Shown here: positions 1 through 10,381 of the stretch, one piece after another
Position numbering within the stretch: position 1 is the first letter of the stretch
How the letters are laid out: each line of letters starts with the position of its first letter
From: Myxococcales bacterium
Lineage (GTDB): Bacteria > Myxococcota > Myxococcia > Myxococcales > Anaeromyxobacteraceae
Assembly (NCBI GenBank): GCA_038320275.1
Contig: JBBQEB010000054.1
Coordinates: 1 to 22,336 of the forward strand
DNA length: 22,336 nt
Direction of reading: 5' to 3'
The notes under the pieces: model-generated
Told to the model about the DNA's origin: nothing
Database searches by the model: none
Seen by the model: only the letters and a program-made list of their open reading frames with translations
Program-made: the position numbers and the translations under genes

Positions 1-134
1 GGGACCCGGGACCCCCAACCCGTCCGCGCATGGCGGCCGTAGGGCGCGGTCAGGAACCTGAGCGCGACGAAGGTGGGGACTGCCAGGGCGAGCACCGCGA
101 GCGAGAGCGTGCGCTGCAGGGAGGCATCGGGCAC
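1..134 (-). CDS. 5' fragment of a steroid 5-alpha-reductase (3-oxo-5-alpha-steroid 4-dehydrogenase / DUF1295)-like membrane protein, running off the left edge
   Basis: Not in the ORF track. Manual translation from GTG 134 gives MPDASLQRTLSLAVLALAVPTFVALRFLTAPYGRHARTGWGSRVP: a hydrophobic helix followed by the APYGRH...GWG motif typical of the family N-terminus. Confidence 0.75.
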   Translation of the reverse strand, partial: MPDASLQRTLSLAVLALAVPTFVALRFLTAPYGRHARTGWGSRV

Positions 135-213
135 CTCCGGAGTGTAGAGCGGCTGGGCTCGCGGTTCGCGTTCGTTCGACGGCGGGGTGTGGGGCGGGTT
201 AGATCGCCGCGCG

Positions 214-1155
214 ATGGTTCACCTCCTCATGCTCCTGCTCGCGACGGCGACCATCGACGAGAACGCGACTCCCGTCCGCGCTTCCACTCCGGCGCTCCGC
301 GCGTACGCTCAGGGTGAACGGGAAAAGGAGGCGCCGACCTCGACTCCGACCTCGACTCCGACCGCGACCCCGACCGCGACCCCGACCCCGACCGCGACCC
401 CGACCGCGACCCCGACCGCGACCCCGACCGCGACCCCGACCTCGACCCCGACCTCGACGTCGACCTCGACCCCGACCCCGACCTCGACCTCGTCCGCGAC
501 CCCGACCTCGACCTCGACCGCGACGACCTCCGTCCGCGCTGGGCGCAGGCCGGCTGGATTCGAAGCACGACCGAGCGGGACCTCCCTGACTCCCGCCCAG
601 AGCGCAACCCTCCGCTCGCTCGGCGGCTCCCGCCAGGAGATCGCCTTCGCCTACCACGCGAGCACGATCTGGAGCCACGAGTCGAGCCACTACACCTTCC
701 ACTCGCTGGGCCTCGGCTACCTCGGCTCGGCAGGCGAGCGCGGTCCTTTCCTGCACGCCCTCGCCATCTTTCCGGTCCAGGCACGGCAGGACGGGAGGGT
801 GTACGCCGCCAACGAGCCCTATGCCGGCCGGCTGGGCGCGGACCTCCTCGTCGGGTGGCAGAGGCGCTGGAGGCCGTCGGAACGTACCGAGGCGGAGCTG
901 GGCCCCGGGCTGCACGGGGCGGTGCTCTGGCTGCCGGGACGCAAGGGCTATCGCGATTTCAGCGCCATGCCGCTCGGCGTGGGGGCCGGTGGCGTGCTGC
1001 GCTGGCGCACCGATCGCCACCTCGGGCGCTGGCCCTTTCGCGTGGGGGCCTTCGGGATGGCCGCGGCGGATCTCTACGACCCGCTCCGCAGCAACGACCT
1101 CAAGGCCGGGCTGTCGTTTGCAACCGGTCTCCTCGCCGGGATCGACGAGCCATGA
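214..1155 (+). CDS. Exported protein with a Thr/Pro/Ser linker and a probable C-terminal outer-membrane beta-barrel
   Basis: ATG 214 begins a short hydrophobic leader (MVHLLMLLLATAT). About 65 aa of TP/TA/TS repeat follow, then alternating Gly/aromatic strands (SLGLGYLG, ADLLVGWQRRW, LGVGAGGVLRW, FRVGAFG). Its stop overlaps the next ATG (ATGA 1152-1155). Confidence 0.7.
   Translation: MVHLLMLLLATATIDENATPVRASTPALRAYAQGEREKEAPTSTPTSTPTATPTATPTPTATPTATPTATPTATPTSTPTSTSTSTPTPTSTSSATPTSTSTATTSVRAGRRPAGFEARPSGTSLTPAQSATLRSLGGSRQEIAFAYHASTIWSHESSHYTFHSLGLGYLGSAGERGPFLHALAIFPVQARQDGRVYAANEPYAGRLGADLLVGWQRRWRPSERTEAELGPGLHGAVLWLPGRKGYRDFSAMPLGVGAGGVLRWRTDRHLGRWPFRVGAFGMAAADLYDPLRSNDLKAGLSFATGLLAGIDEP
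337..531 (+). repeat. In-frame tandem hexamer/dodecamer repeat, ACC(G/C/T)CG, encoding a TP/TA/TS linker
   Basis: Directly visible runs of accgcgaccccg / acctcgaccccg / acctcgacctcg with no spacers. Confidence 0.95.
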
Positions 1156-2132
1156 CCCTCCACGCGCGCCGCGTGCCTGCCGCAATCCTCCTCGCGCTCT
1201 GCGGCTGCATCGGGCCGTACGCCGACGTCGGCCAGAAGCTCGACGTCGGTCTGCGCCTGTCCGGAGGCGAGACCTGGATCGCCGCGGTGGGCAGCGAGAC
1301 CCGCATCCTCGTGCTGGGGAGGACGCCGGACGGGCAGAGCTCGCAGTTCGCCTTCTCGCGCCTCGAGGCCCCCGTCGCCGCAGGGACGGAGGGGCACACC
1401 GCGCAGGGGGTGTGGCAGGAGCACGGCGGGACGATGTTCCTCACGGTGAACGTGGAGTACACCCTCCTGGACGAGAGCTCGGTGGGCACCACGCAGCGGC
1501 GCGGCGCCTTCCGCAAGGACGGTCTCTCCCGGCTGATCCGGCTCGACGTCGCGCAGGGGGGAGGCCAGCTCCGCATCGCGGGAGACCCCGGCTATGCCGG
1601 CACCTACCTGCGCCTCGCCGAGGCGCTCTCCACCCTCGGCAGCGCGACCCCCGACGACGCCGCCTGCGCCTTCCACGTCGCGAACCTCCTCGTCATGACC
1701 TCGCAGGTCCGGGTGGTCGGCTTCGGCGGTCCCGGGATGCTGCAGTACCGCAACGGCCAGGACTTCGAAGGGACGGTGGCGGGAACCTTGAGCGTGCAGA
1801 TGAACGGAGGTCTGCTCGCCCCCGACGTGCGCATCGGCTTCCGCGGGCTGGTGGACTTCCCTGGCGTGCAGCTCGATGGCGATCAGCTCACCCACACCGA
1901 CTCGGGCGGGACGGGCAAGACCGAGGGCACCCTGCTCTTCACGTTCCGGCCGGCGCCCGGCGGCACCGCGGCCGCGCCGGTCACCGGCTCGCTGCGCTAC
2001 GATCTCGTCATCACCGACGGCGTCGCGCGCGGCGGGGAGTACACCGTGGCGCTGGACGGTGGCGCGACCGGGGCGGTGCAGCCGATGATGCCCCCGCAGC
2101 CACCGCTCGCGGCCTGCCTGCACCTTCCGTGA
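1152..2132 (+). CDS. Hypothetical beta-rich lipoprotein
   Basis: MTLHARRVPAAILLALCG|C signal peptide with lipobox. Coupled to the upstream gene by ATGA overlap. High-GC3 codon pattern. Confidence 0.8.
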   Translation: MTLHARRVPAAILLALCGCIGPYADVGQKLDVGLRLSGGETWIAAVGSETRILVLGRTPDGQSSQFAFSRLEAPVAAGTEGHTAQGVWQEHGGTMFLTVNVEYTLLDESSVGTTQRRGAFRKDGLSRLIRLDVAQGGGQLRIAGDPGYAGTYLRLAEALSTLGSATPDDAACAFHVANLLVMTSQVRVVGFGGPGMLQYRNGQDFEGTVAGTLSVQMNGGLLAPDVRIGFRGLVDFPGVQLDGDQLTHTDSGGTGKTEGTLLFTFRPAPGGTAAAPVTGSLRYDLVITDGVARGGEYTVALDGGATGAVQPMMPPQPPLAACLHLP

Positions 2133-2220
2133 CGAGAGTGGAGGCCGGCTGGCAGGGCCGCCTACCGCCCCCGCAGCTTGACGCAACCCGGCATCTCCGG
2201 GCACTACACGGGTACCCACC

Positions 2221-3411
2221 ATGACGAGGACTCGACAGCTCGCGCGCGGGCTCGTGACGCTCGCGCTCGCCACCCCGCTGCTAGCGAAGGCGGCGCCTCC
2301 CGGCGATGCCTCCCGCGGCGGCCACCTTGCGGCTGCCACCGGGCTGTCGGTGAAGTTCGACCGGCAGCAGGCCGCAGCCGGCGACGCCAGGCCGGTCACG
2401 GTCACCATCCACGCCTTCGACGCGGCAGGCCGGCCGCGCGACGTGGACCTTGGTCTCGACGACGAGCTGGGGGCGCTGGCGCCAGCCGTCCACGTCGCCA
2501 CGGGGGTCTGGCGCGCGCTGCTCACCGTGCCACCTTACCTCGCGGGCAAGCATAGCCTCGTCGTCACCGCTCACTCCGGCGAGCTCTCCGCGAGCGCCAG
2601 CCTCGCGCTCGTGGCCGGGCCGGCTGCGACGCTGGACGTCGCGGCGCCGTCCGAGCTGACGGCCGACGGCCGCTCGGAAGCGTGGGTGGCCGTGATGGCC
2701 TCGGACGCCAACGGCAATCCGGCCGAGCCCTCCCGGCTGGGGGCCGAGGCGGAGCGCGGCGGGCTGGGAGCTCCGCGCGCGGACGGGCCAGGGCGATGGA
2801 TCCTGGCGTACAAACCGCGCGAAGTGGCGCGCGATATGGATGACCGCATCTTGGTCCGCGCCGACGGGATTGAGCGGAGCCGCACGGTGAGGCTCCTCGC
2901 CCCGGTTTCCACCCTGCAGCTCGGGGCCAAGGGCGGGCTCGCCGCCCGGGTGCACGGGGGGCTCGGCCCCGCGATCGCGGCGGAGGCTTCCACCTGGACC
3001 CGCGCGGGCGGCCATGGGCTCGGCCTCGTCCTGACCGGCACCTGGTGGACGTTCAGCGACGCGTCGTCCTCGCCGGCGGCCACCTTCCACACCACCTCGA
3101 GCTACCTCTCGCTCTCCGTAGAGCCCGCGATTCGGCTTCCTCTGGGCTCCCGCGCCACGCTCACCGCCTCCGCCGGGGGCGGCACGGCGCGTGCGGCCAG
3201 CACCGCCAGCATTCCCGCCCAGCCGGACCTCTCGGAGGCGCGCTGGGTCCCCCTGGCCACCGCCGGTCTGTCCATCTCCACCCGAGCGCTGGGAGGCGCT
3301 CCCTTCGCCGAGCTCCGCGCGAGCTGGGTGGGTGATCCCGGGCTCGCAAATCTGCGGGGCGCCGCAGCTCCCGTCTTCCTCTCCGTGGGGTACCGCTTCG
3401 ATGTCCGCTAA
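2221..3411 (+). CDS. Exported protein with N-terminal invasin/Big_1-like Ig domains and a C-terminal outer-membrane beta-barrel
   Basis: Signal peptide (..LALATPLLAKA). ADGRSEAWVAVMASDANGNP and GDARPVTVTIHAFDAAGRP resemble invasin-type Ig repeats. The C-terminal ~165 aa are amphipathic strands ending FLSVGYRFDVR, a beta-signal-like end. Confidence 0.75.
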   Translation: MTRTRQLARGLVTLALATPLLAKAAPPGDASRGGHLAAATGLSVKFDRQQAAAGDARPVTVTIHAFDAAGRPRDVDLGLDDELGALAPAVHVATGVWRALLTVPPYLAGKHSLVVTAHSGELSASASLALVAGPAATLDVAAPSELTADGRSEAWVAVMASDANGNPAEPSRLGAEAERGGLGAPRADGPGRWILAYKPREVARDMDDRILVRADGIERSRTVRLLAPVSTLQLGAKGGLAARVHGGLGPAIAAEASTWTRAGGHGLGLVLTGTWWTFSDASSSPAATFHTTSSYLSLSVEPAIRLPLGSRATLTASAGGGTARAASTASIPAQPDLSEARWVPLATAGLSISTRALGGAPFAELRASWVGDPGLANLRGAAAPVFLSVGYRFDVR

Positions 3412-5911
3412 AACGCTCTCGATCCTCGCCGCCGCCCTCGCCGCCGCCGCCTGCACGCAGGAGTCGGCGGTGAAGCCGCGGCCGCTCTCGGTGGAGCCGG
3501 CCCGGGCCTACGCCGGGGCCCAGACCGCCGTGCTGATCCATGGTCAGGGATTCCTTGCTCACGTCTTGCAGCCGGCCAACGGCGGCACCGCGTGGCTCGA
3601 CACGTCGCAGGCCGTCCGGGTGGGGGCGCACGCACTGCAGAACGTCACCTGGATGGACAGCCAGACGATCCGTGCCACGGTGCCGGCCGGATTGCCCGGG
3701 GGAACGTATCCGCTCACGGTTGAGAACGCCTACGGCAAGGGAGAGCTCGCCGCGGCGCTCAGCATCGTGCCGGGCACCCCTCCCCTGCTCGACACGCAGC
3801 TCACGGTTTCCGCCGCGAGCATCGTGCTCGGGAACACCGCGACCGTCTCGCTGGCGGTCGCGAATCACGGCGGCGCCCCCGCCACGGGCGTTCTCCCCGT
3901 GCTCACGGCCGCGCCCGAGGGGTTCGTGGACCTCTCCGCGGCGCCACCCGCGCAGGACATCGCGATCGGCGAGACCAGGACCTTCACCTGGACCATGACC
4001 GCCAGGGCGGAAGGGGAGCTCACGCTCTCGGCCGAAGGCGCCGGGCAGGACCCCATCCTCAGGGCACCAGTGGCCATCGCCCCCGCCCATGCTGGGCCGC
4101 TGAAGGTCGTGGTGCCCACCGCCGCCGGGCTCGCCGGCGCCCTCACGCTCAGCCCCGAGTCGGCGCTGCCTGGCGATCCGCTGAAGCTCACCTTGGTGGT
4201 GACCGACACCGGCGCGACCGCGGTGGCGGGGTTCACGGTGGGCTCACCCGCGCTCATCACGACGGAGGGCGTCACCGGGAGCTGCGGCGCGCCCTCCCCG
4301 GCGGTGCCGACCTCGCTGGGCGGCACGCAGAGCGCGACCGTGAGCTGGAACTGCACCCTCCAGCCCGGCCCGGGCAAGGCGGCCGGCCACGCTTCCTTCG
4401 CGGTGACCGCGAGCGGCCACGACGCGCTCACCGGCGCCTACCTGGAGGCGAGCCCGGTGAGTCCGCAGGCCCTGGTGAAGTTCCCCCCGGCCGAGCTCAC
4501 GGCCACGCTCACGGCCCCGGGCACCGCCACCGCAGGGCAGGCCTTCCAGCTCCTGGCCACGCTCGCCAATCCCGGCGGCACGTCGGTGTCGGCGCTCGTC
4601 ATCCCCGCCCCGGTGGTCAACTCGACCGATGGCGGGGTGGCGAGCTGCAGGGGCGGGGTCGCGCCCACCAGCCTTCCCGCCCGCGGTACGGCGACGGTGA
4701 CCTGGAGCTGCACGGCCACCCTGCCCACCCAGCCGGTGGGCGTGACCACGGCGCACGTCGCCTTCGCCATCGCGCCCGCGGGCCAGGACGCTCTCACGGG
4801 CCTGCCGCTGACGGCCCCGGCCTCGACGGTGGCGCAGGCCACGCTGGTGCAGGCGCCCTCCTCGCTGTCGTCAACGACCGTGTCCTCCACGCCCGCCAAG
4901 GTCGACGTCGGCGGGCCCATCACGGTGCAAGCGACCGTGAAGAACACGGGCGGCACGGCCATCGGCGGCTTCGGCCTCGCCATCGCCCCCAGGTCCCCCG
5001 ACGGCGCCGCCGCCACCTGCTTGGCCGCCGCGCCTGCCCCGCCTGCGACCCTCTCCGCCGGCGCGTCGCCGAGCTTCACCTGGTCGTGTACTCCGAGCGC
5101 ACCGGGCCACCTCACCTTCGAGGTGTCGGCGAGCGGCATCGACGCGCCCCCCAGCAATCAACCGGTCGCCTTCACCGCCGCCACCACGCCGGCCGTCCTC
5201 GTGCAGACGCCTGCCGCGCTGTCGGCCTCGCTGTCGGCGCCCTCCTCACCGGTAGGCACGAACACTCCATTTCCGGTGACGCTCACAGTTTCGAGCACCG
5301 GGGGCGCGGCGGTGAACCTGACCGGCCAGCCGACGCTCACCACCGCGACGGGATCGGTGGCCATGGCGGGTCCATGCACCGGTCCGGCTCCCGCGCTGCC
5401 TACGATTCTGGCGGGGGGCGCGAGCATCAACCTCGTCTGGACCTGCACCGCGTCCGGCGCCGGCAATGCTTCATTCGTTGCCACGGCGGTGAACGGTACC
5501 GACGCGAACAGCGGCGTCGCGCTTCAGGCCACCCCGCCGCCCTCGGGCGCCGTGATCGTGAGCCCCCCGCTGCTCGCTGCGTCCGCCCTGAGCGCCGCGC
5601 CCAACGTCGCCGGTCAGCTTCTGGTGGTCAGGACGACCCTCACCAACACGGGCGCTGCCAGCGCCGTGGTGAGCGCGCTCGCCGTCGCCGGCGCAGGGAG
5701 CGGCGCCACGCCGGGCGTGGTGGGAGTGCCGACCACGACCTGCGCCACCCCGCTGACGGTCGCTCCGGGAGCGCCCCGCGCCTGCACCTGGAGCTTCCCG
5801 GTCACGACGCCGGGCGCGGTGAGCTTCACCCTCGCCGCGACCTACAGCGACGGCGCCGGCGCGGGCGCGACCGACATCACAGGCGGGCCTCTCGTGGTCG
5901 TGGCGAACTGA
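3401..5911 (+). CDS. Large surface lipoprotein (836 aa): IPT/TIG-like domain plus six CARDB-like Ig repeats
   Basis: True start is ATG 3401 (MSAKTLSILAAALAAAA|C lipobox), overlapping the upstream stop. IPT-like LIHGQGF...IRATVPAGLPGGTYPLTVEN. A repeat-core Trp recurs at nt 3989, 4346, 4703, 5081, 5438 and 5789. Confidence 0.85.
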   Translation: MSAKTLSILAAALAAAACTQESAVKPRPLSVEPARAYAGAQTAVLIHGQGFLAHVLQPANGGTAWLDTSQAVRVGAHALQNVTWMDSQTIRATVPAGLPGGTYPLTVENAYGKGELAAALSIVPGTPPLLDTQLTVSAASIVLGNTATVSLAVANHGGAPATGVLPVLTAAPEGFVDLSAAPPAQDIAIGETRTFTWTMTARAEGELTLSAEGAGQDPILRAPVAIAPAHAGPLKVVVPTAAGLAGALTLSPESALPGDPLKLTLVVTDTGATAVAGFTVGSPALITTEGVTGSCGAPSPAVPTSLGGTQSATVSWNCTLQPGPGKAAGHASFAVTASGHDALTGAYLEASPVSPQALVKFPPAELTATLTAPGTATAGQAFQLLATLANPGGTSVSALVIPAPVVNSTDGGVASCRGGVAPTSLPARGTATVTWSCTATLPTQPVGVTTAHVAFAIAPAGQDALTGLPLTAPASTVAQATLVQAPSSLSSTTVSSTPAKVDVGGPITVQATVKNTGGTAIGGFGLAIAPRSPDGAAATCLAAAPAPPATLSAGASPSFTWSCTPSAPGHLTFEVSASGIDAPPSNQPVAFTAATTPAVLVQTPAALSASLSAPSSPVGTNTPFPVTLTVSSTGGAAVNLTGQPTLTTATGSVAMAGPCTGPAPALPTILAGGASINLVWTCTASGAGNASFVATAVNGTDANSGVALQATPPPSGAVIVSPPLLAASALSAAPNVAGQLLVVRTTLTNTGAASAVVSALAVAGAGSGATPGVVGVPTTTCATPLTVAPGAPRACTWSFPVTTPGAVSFTLAATYSDGAGAGATDITGGPLVVVAN

Positions 5912-5918
5912 GACGGCA

Positions 5919-5948
5919 CGGCCCCCGGCGATCGCTCGCCGGGGGCCG
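5919..5948. terminator. GC-rich hairpin between convergent genes, probable bidirectional terminator or RNA stabiliser
   Basis: Perfect 13-bp stem CGGCCCCCGGCGA / TCGCCGGGGGCCG with a 4-nt loop (TCGC), 7 nt after the 5911 stop. No U-tract. Confidence 0.7.
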
Positions 5949-5973
5949 CTCACGACCAAAGCTGAACTGCCGG

Positions 5974-7326
5974 TCAGGGGGCGGTGACGAAGCCCGTCAG
6001 CCTGGAGAGGGGCTTCGCCAGGTCCTCGCACACCGTCGCCTCCACCACGTTCACGCCTCGGCCCCGGAAGGTGTCGGCGAGCGCGAGGAAGCGCACGCCC
6101 GCGCCGGACGCGCCGCTGCAGGCGAACTGGGCGGTGCCGGTGCACGTGGCGGGCGACTGGAGCTGCAGCGCGTCAGCGGGCGCGCAGGTCAGTCCGTCGG
6201 TGCAGCGATTGGCCGAGACCACGAAGCCAGCGCCCATCGACGCGTACGGCCCGCCATTGACCTGCAGCAGCGAGGTGAAGAAGGCGTCGTACTCGGCCAC
6301 CTTGAAGAGCTTCTGCTGGGCGGCGGGGAGCGAGCGATCGCGCACGCAGGCGTCCGCGCCGGCGCTGGCGGGGTCGGTGAGCACCAGCGCGCGCGCAGGG
6401 TCGGCCGGGCTGGAGCAGTCGTCCTCGTCGCCCACCCACACCACCAGCAGCTTCGCGCCGGGGTGGCCGAACTCGCCCGGGGTGAGGCCGGGCTGTCTGC
6501 CGCCTGCCACCTTCTGCAGGGCGAGGCGCGCGGCCTCCAGGTGCTGCTCCTGGCTCGAGCCGCAGGAGCCGACGCGGAGGTTGGCCTTGACGCCCGCGAC
6601 CGCCTGGGCGACCGCGGCGGGGCTCAATCCGGCGACGAAGTGCGCAACCTTGGCCGTTCCTGGGACGGCGATGAAGTCGCCTTGGGGGTACTCGGCGCCC
6701 GCCGTCGCGAAGGTGGGCATGCAGCGATCGTAGGTCTTCTGGAAGTCGCCCGTGCCGTAGTTCCGGAACACCGACGAGGTGGTCACCGCCACGTGGAACT
6801 CGAAGGCCGCGAGTCCCTGAGCGGCGCGGGCGACGTTGGCCCGGGCGAGCTCCTCGATGAAACCGTCGAAGGCGATGGCCACCGCGTCCTGCTTCGGCTC
6901 CATGGACGAGGAGTCGTCCATCACGAAGAGGATGTCCGTCGCGATGGCGTTCGACACCGCGCACACGCCGGCCTGGCACTGCGTGTGGCAGGCCCTGCCG
7001 CAGCCGCCGCAGTTGTCGGGGTCGGTCTGGACGTTGGCGCAGAAGGTGGCCGCGCCCGACCCGCACGCGAGCGGCGCGGTCGCCGGGCAACCGCACGCGC
7101 CGGCGGAGCAGGCCTGCCCGCCCGTGCACGCGATGCCGCAGGCGCCGCAGTTGCTCGCGTCGGTGCGGGTGTCGATACAGAGGGTTGTCCCGCAGGAGGT
7201 GGTGGTGGCGGTGCAGCCGGTGTTCGGGTCGCCGGGGGTCTTCCCTGAAGTGTTGGGCTTGGCCTGGCCGCACGCTGCGAGCACGGCGAGTACCACGAGA
7301 GAGACGGCGAGTAGCGGACGACGCAT
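5974..7326 (-). CDS. Cys-rich VWA-domain lipoprotein (myxobacterial CglB-like type) with two N-terminal Stigma1-like Cys repeats
   Basis: GGAGGT RBS and LAVLAA|C lipobox. Repeats CIDTRTDASNCGACGIAC and CANVQTDPDNCGGCGRAC. VWA MIDAS DILFVMDDSSSM (DxSxS), FHVAVTTS and VVWVGDEDDCS. Confidence 0.85.
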   Translation of the reverse strand: MRRPLLAVSLVVLAVLAACGQAKPNTSGKTPGDPNTGCTATTTSCGTTLCIDTRTDASNCGACGIACTGGQACSAGACGCPATAPLACGSGAATFCANVQTDPDNCGGCGRACHTQCQAGVCAVSNAIATDILFVMDDSSSMEPKQDAVAIAFDGFIEELARANVARAAQGLAAFEFHVAVTTSSVFRNYGTGDFQKTYDRCMPTFATAGAEYPQGDFIAVPGTAKVAHFVAGLSPAAVAQAVAGVKANLRVGSCGSSQEQHLEAARLALQKVAGGRQPGLTPGEFGHPGAKLLVVWVGDEDDCSSPADPARALVLTDPASAGADACVRDRSLPAAQQKLFKVAEYDAFFTSLLQVNGGPYASMGAGFVVSANRCTDGLTCAPADALQLQSPATCTGTAQFACSGASGAGVRFLALADTFRGRGVNVVEATVCEDLAKPLSRLTGFVTAP

Positions 7327-7362
7327 GTTACCTCCGATGAGGAATCACTGCCCGGCGCGCAC

Positions 7363-7390
7363 ACTCTACGGGGAGGCGAGCGAGCGACAA
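7363..7390 (-). promoter_or_regulatory. Candidate sigma70-type promoter for the VWA lipoprotein gene
   Basis: Minus strand reads TTGTCG-N16-TAGAGT, 36 nt upstream of the ATG at 7326. Confidence 0.45.
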
Positions 7391-7537
7391 GTTCCAGGCC
7401 TTCGCAGAGGCTACGCGAAAGGGCAGGCGGCGCCAGTACCCTGGTCCGCGGACAGCGCGAAGGGCGACCCCGGTAGTCAGAGGCCGACCCTGCCTGCGAG
7501 AAAGGGCCCGTCCTTTCGGTCGAGGAGCATCGACGCG

Positions 7538-7546
7538 TGCTACTCT
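7538..7546 (+). promoter_or_regulatory. Candidate extended -10 element for the tgt fusion gene
   Basis: TG-C-TACTCT (TGnTAnnnT) 34 nt upstream of ATG 7581. Confidence 0.4.
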
Positions 7547-7580
7547 GCGCGCCGCCGATCCACGTCACACCGATCCCTAC

Positions 7581-9599
<2,019 letters not shown>

Positions 9600-9631
9600 C
9601 GACGCCGCCGGGCTCGCCCAGCTCGCCCGCG

Positions 9632-10381
9632 TCAGCGCTTGCGCAGGACGAGGATGGCGAGAAGACCGGCGCCCAGCGCGACCCCGACCCAGCCGCGGCT
9701 GAGCGGCCGGCGAGGTCCGCGCGCCTGCCTCCGGAACCGGCGGGCGGCGTCCTTGTTCCCGGCGTGCTCGGTCGCGACGGCGCGCTCGTCCGCCTTGTGG
9801 CGCTCCAGCACGGCGCGGCGCTGCGCCTCCGCCGCCCGCGACTCCCTCGCCGCTCCCTCCAGCTCCGCCTTCTCGCGGAGCTGCTCGGCCACGCTGGCCT
9901 TGAGCGGAGCCACTCCAGCCTTCTCGACCGCGCCTTCGTCCGCCATGCTCACCCCCGCCGAAAGGGTGCGTCCCTCACCCGCGAGCCGCAACCTCCCCCG
10001 CGCCTCGGGGTCCCCGAATACGTGCACCAGCTCGGAGAGGGTGGTGCGCTCCAGCGCGCCGCGGTCGAGCCCGGAACGCTCCAGGGAAGCCAGCAGCGCG
10101 CTCCGCAGCTCCTCGGCGTGCTCTCCACCTCGCTCGACCTCGGCCACCCGGACCACGTCCCGCCCCCGGTGGAAGACGCCCAGCACCCGGCGCCGCTGCC
10201 GGATCACCTCGAACCGGACGAGCCCTCCTCCGGCGTTCCAGGCAGCGATCCCTCCCACCTCCTGCCAGGGCGACAGCTCGGCCGCCGCCACGTCCTCGGA
10301 CGCGTACGCGACGAGCTCTCCGCGATCGGGCAGGAAGACGAAGACGGGCTCCCGTGGCTCGGGAGCGGCGCCTGGGCTCAT
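9632..10381 (-). CDS. Hypothetical protein with a charged helical/coiled-coil segment and a C-terminal membrane anchor
   Basis: ATG 10381 overlaps the upstream stop (ATGA). It ends GWVGVALGAGLLAILVLRKR. Confidence 0.7.
   Translation of the reverse strand: MSPGAAPEPREPVFVFLPDRGELVAYASEDVAAAELSPWQEVGGIAAWNAGGGLVRFEVIRQRRRVLGVFHRGRDVVRVAEVERGGEHAEELRSALLASLERSGLDRGALERTTLSELVHVFGDPEARGRLRLAGEGRTLSAGVSMADEGAVEKAGVAPLKASVAEQLREKAELEGAARESRAAEAQRRAVLERHKADERAVATEHAGNKDAARRFRRQARGPRRPLSRGWVGVALGAGLLAILVLRKR

Noticed and set aside
337..531. Possible CRISPR or iteron array
   Set aside because: The 6/12-nt units are contiguous with no unique spacers, lie in frame in a CDS, and have no cas or rep gene nearby.
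199..1185. RP-, RG- and SRSG-repeat ORFs (314..589 +, 199..1185 -, 227..784 -)
   Set aside because: They are alternative-frame readings of the hexamer array; only the TP frame has a leader and operon coupling.
2178..2210. TTGACG as a -35 element for the 2221 gene
   Set aside because: There is no TAnnnT at 16-18 nt spacing; the nearest TA box is 21 nt away.
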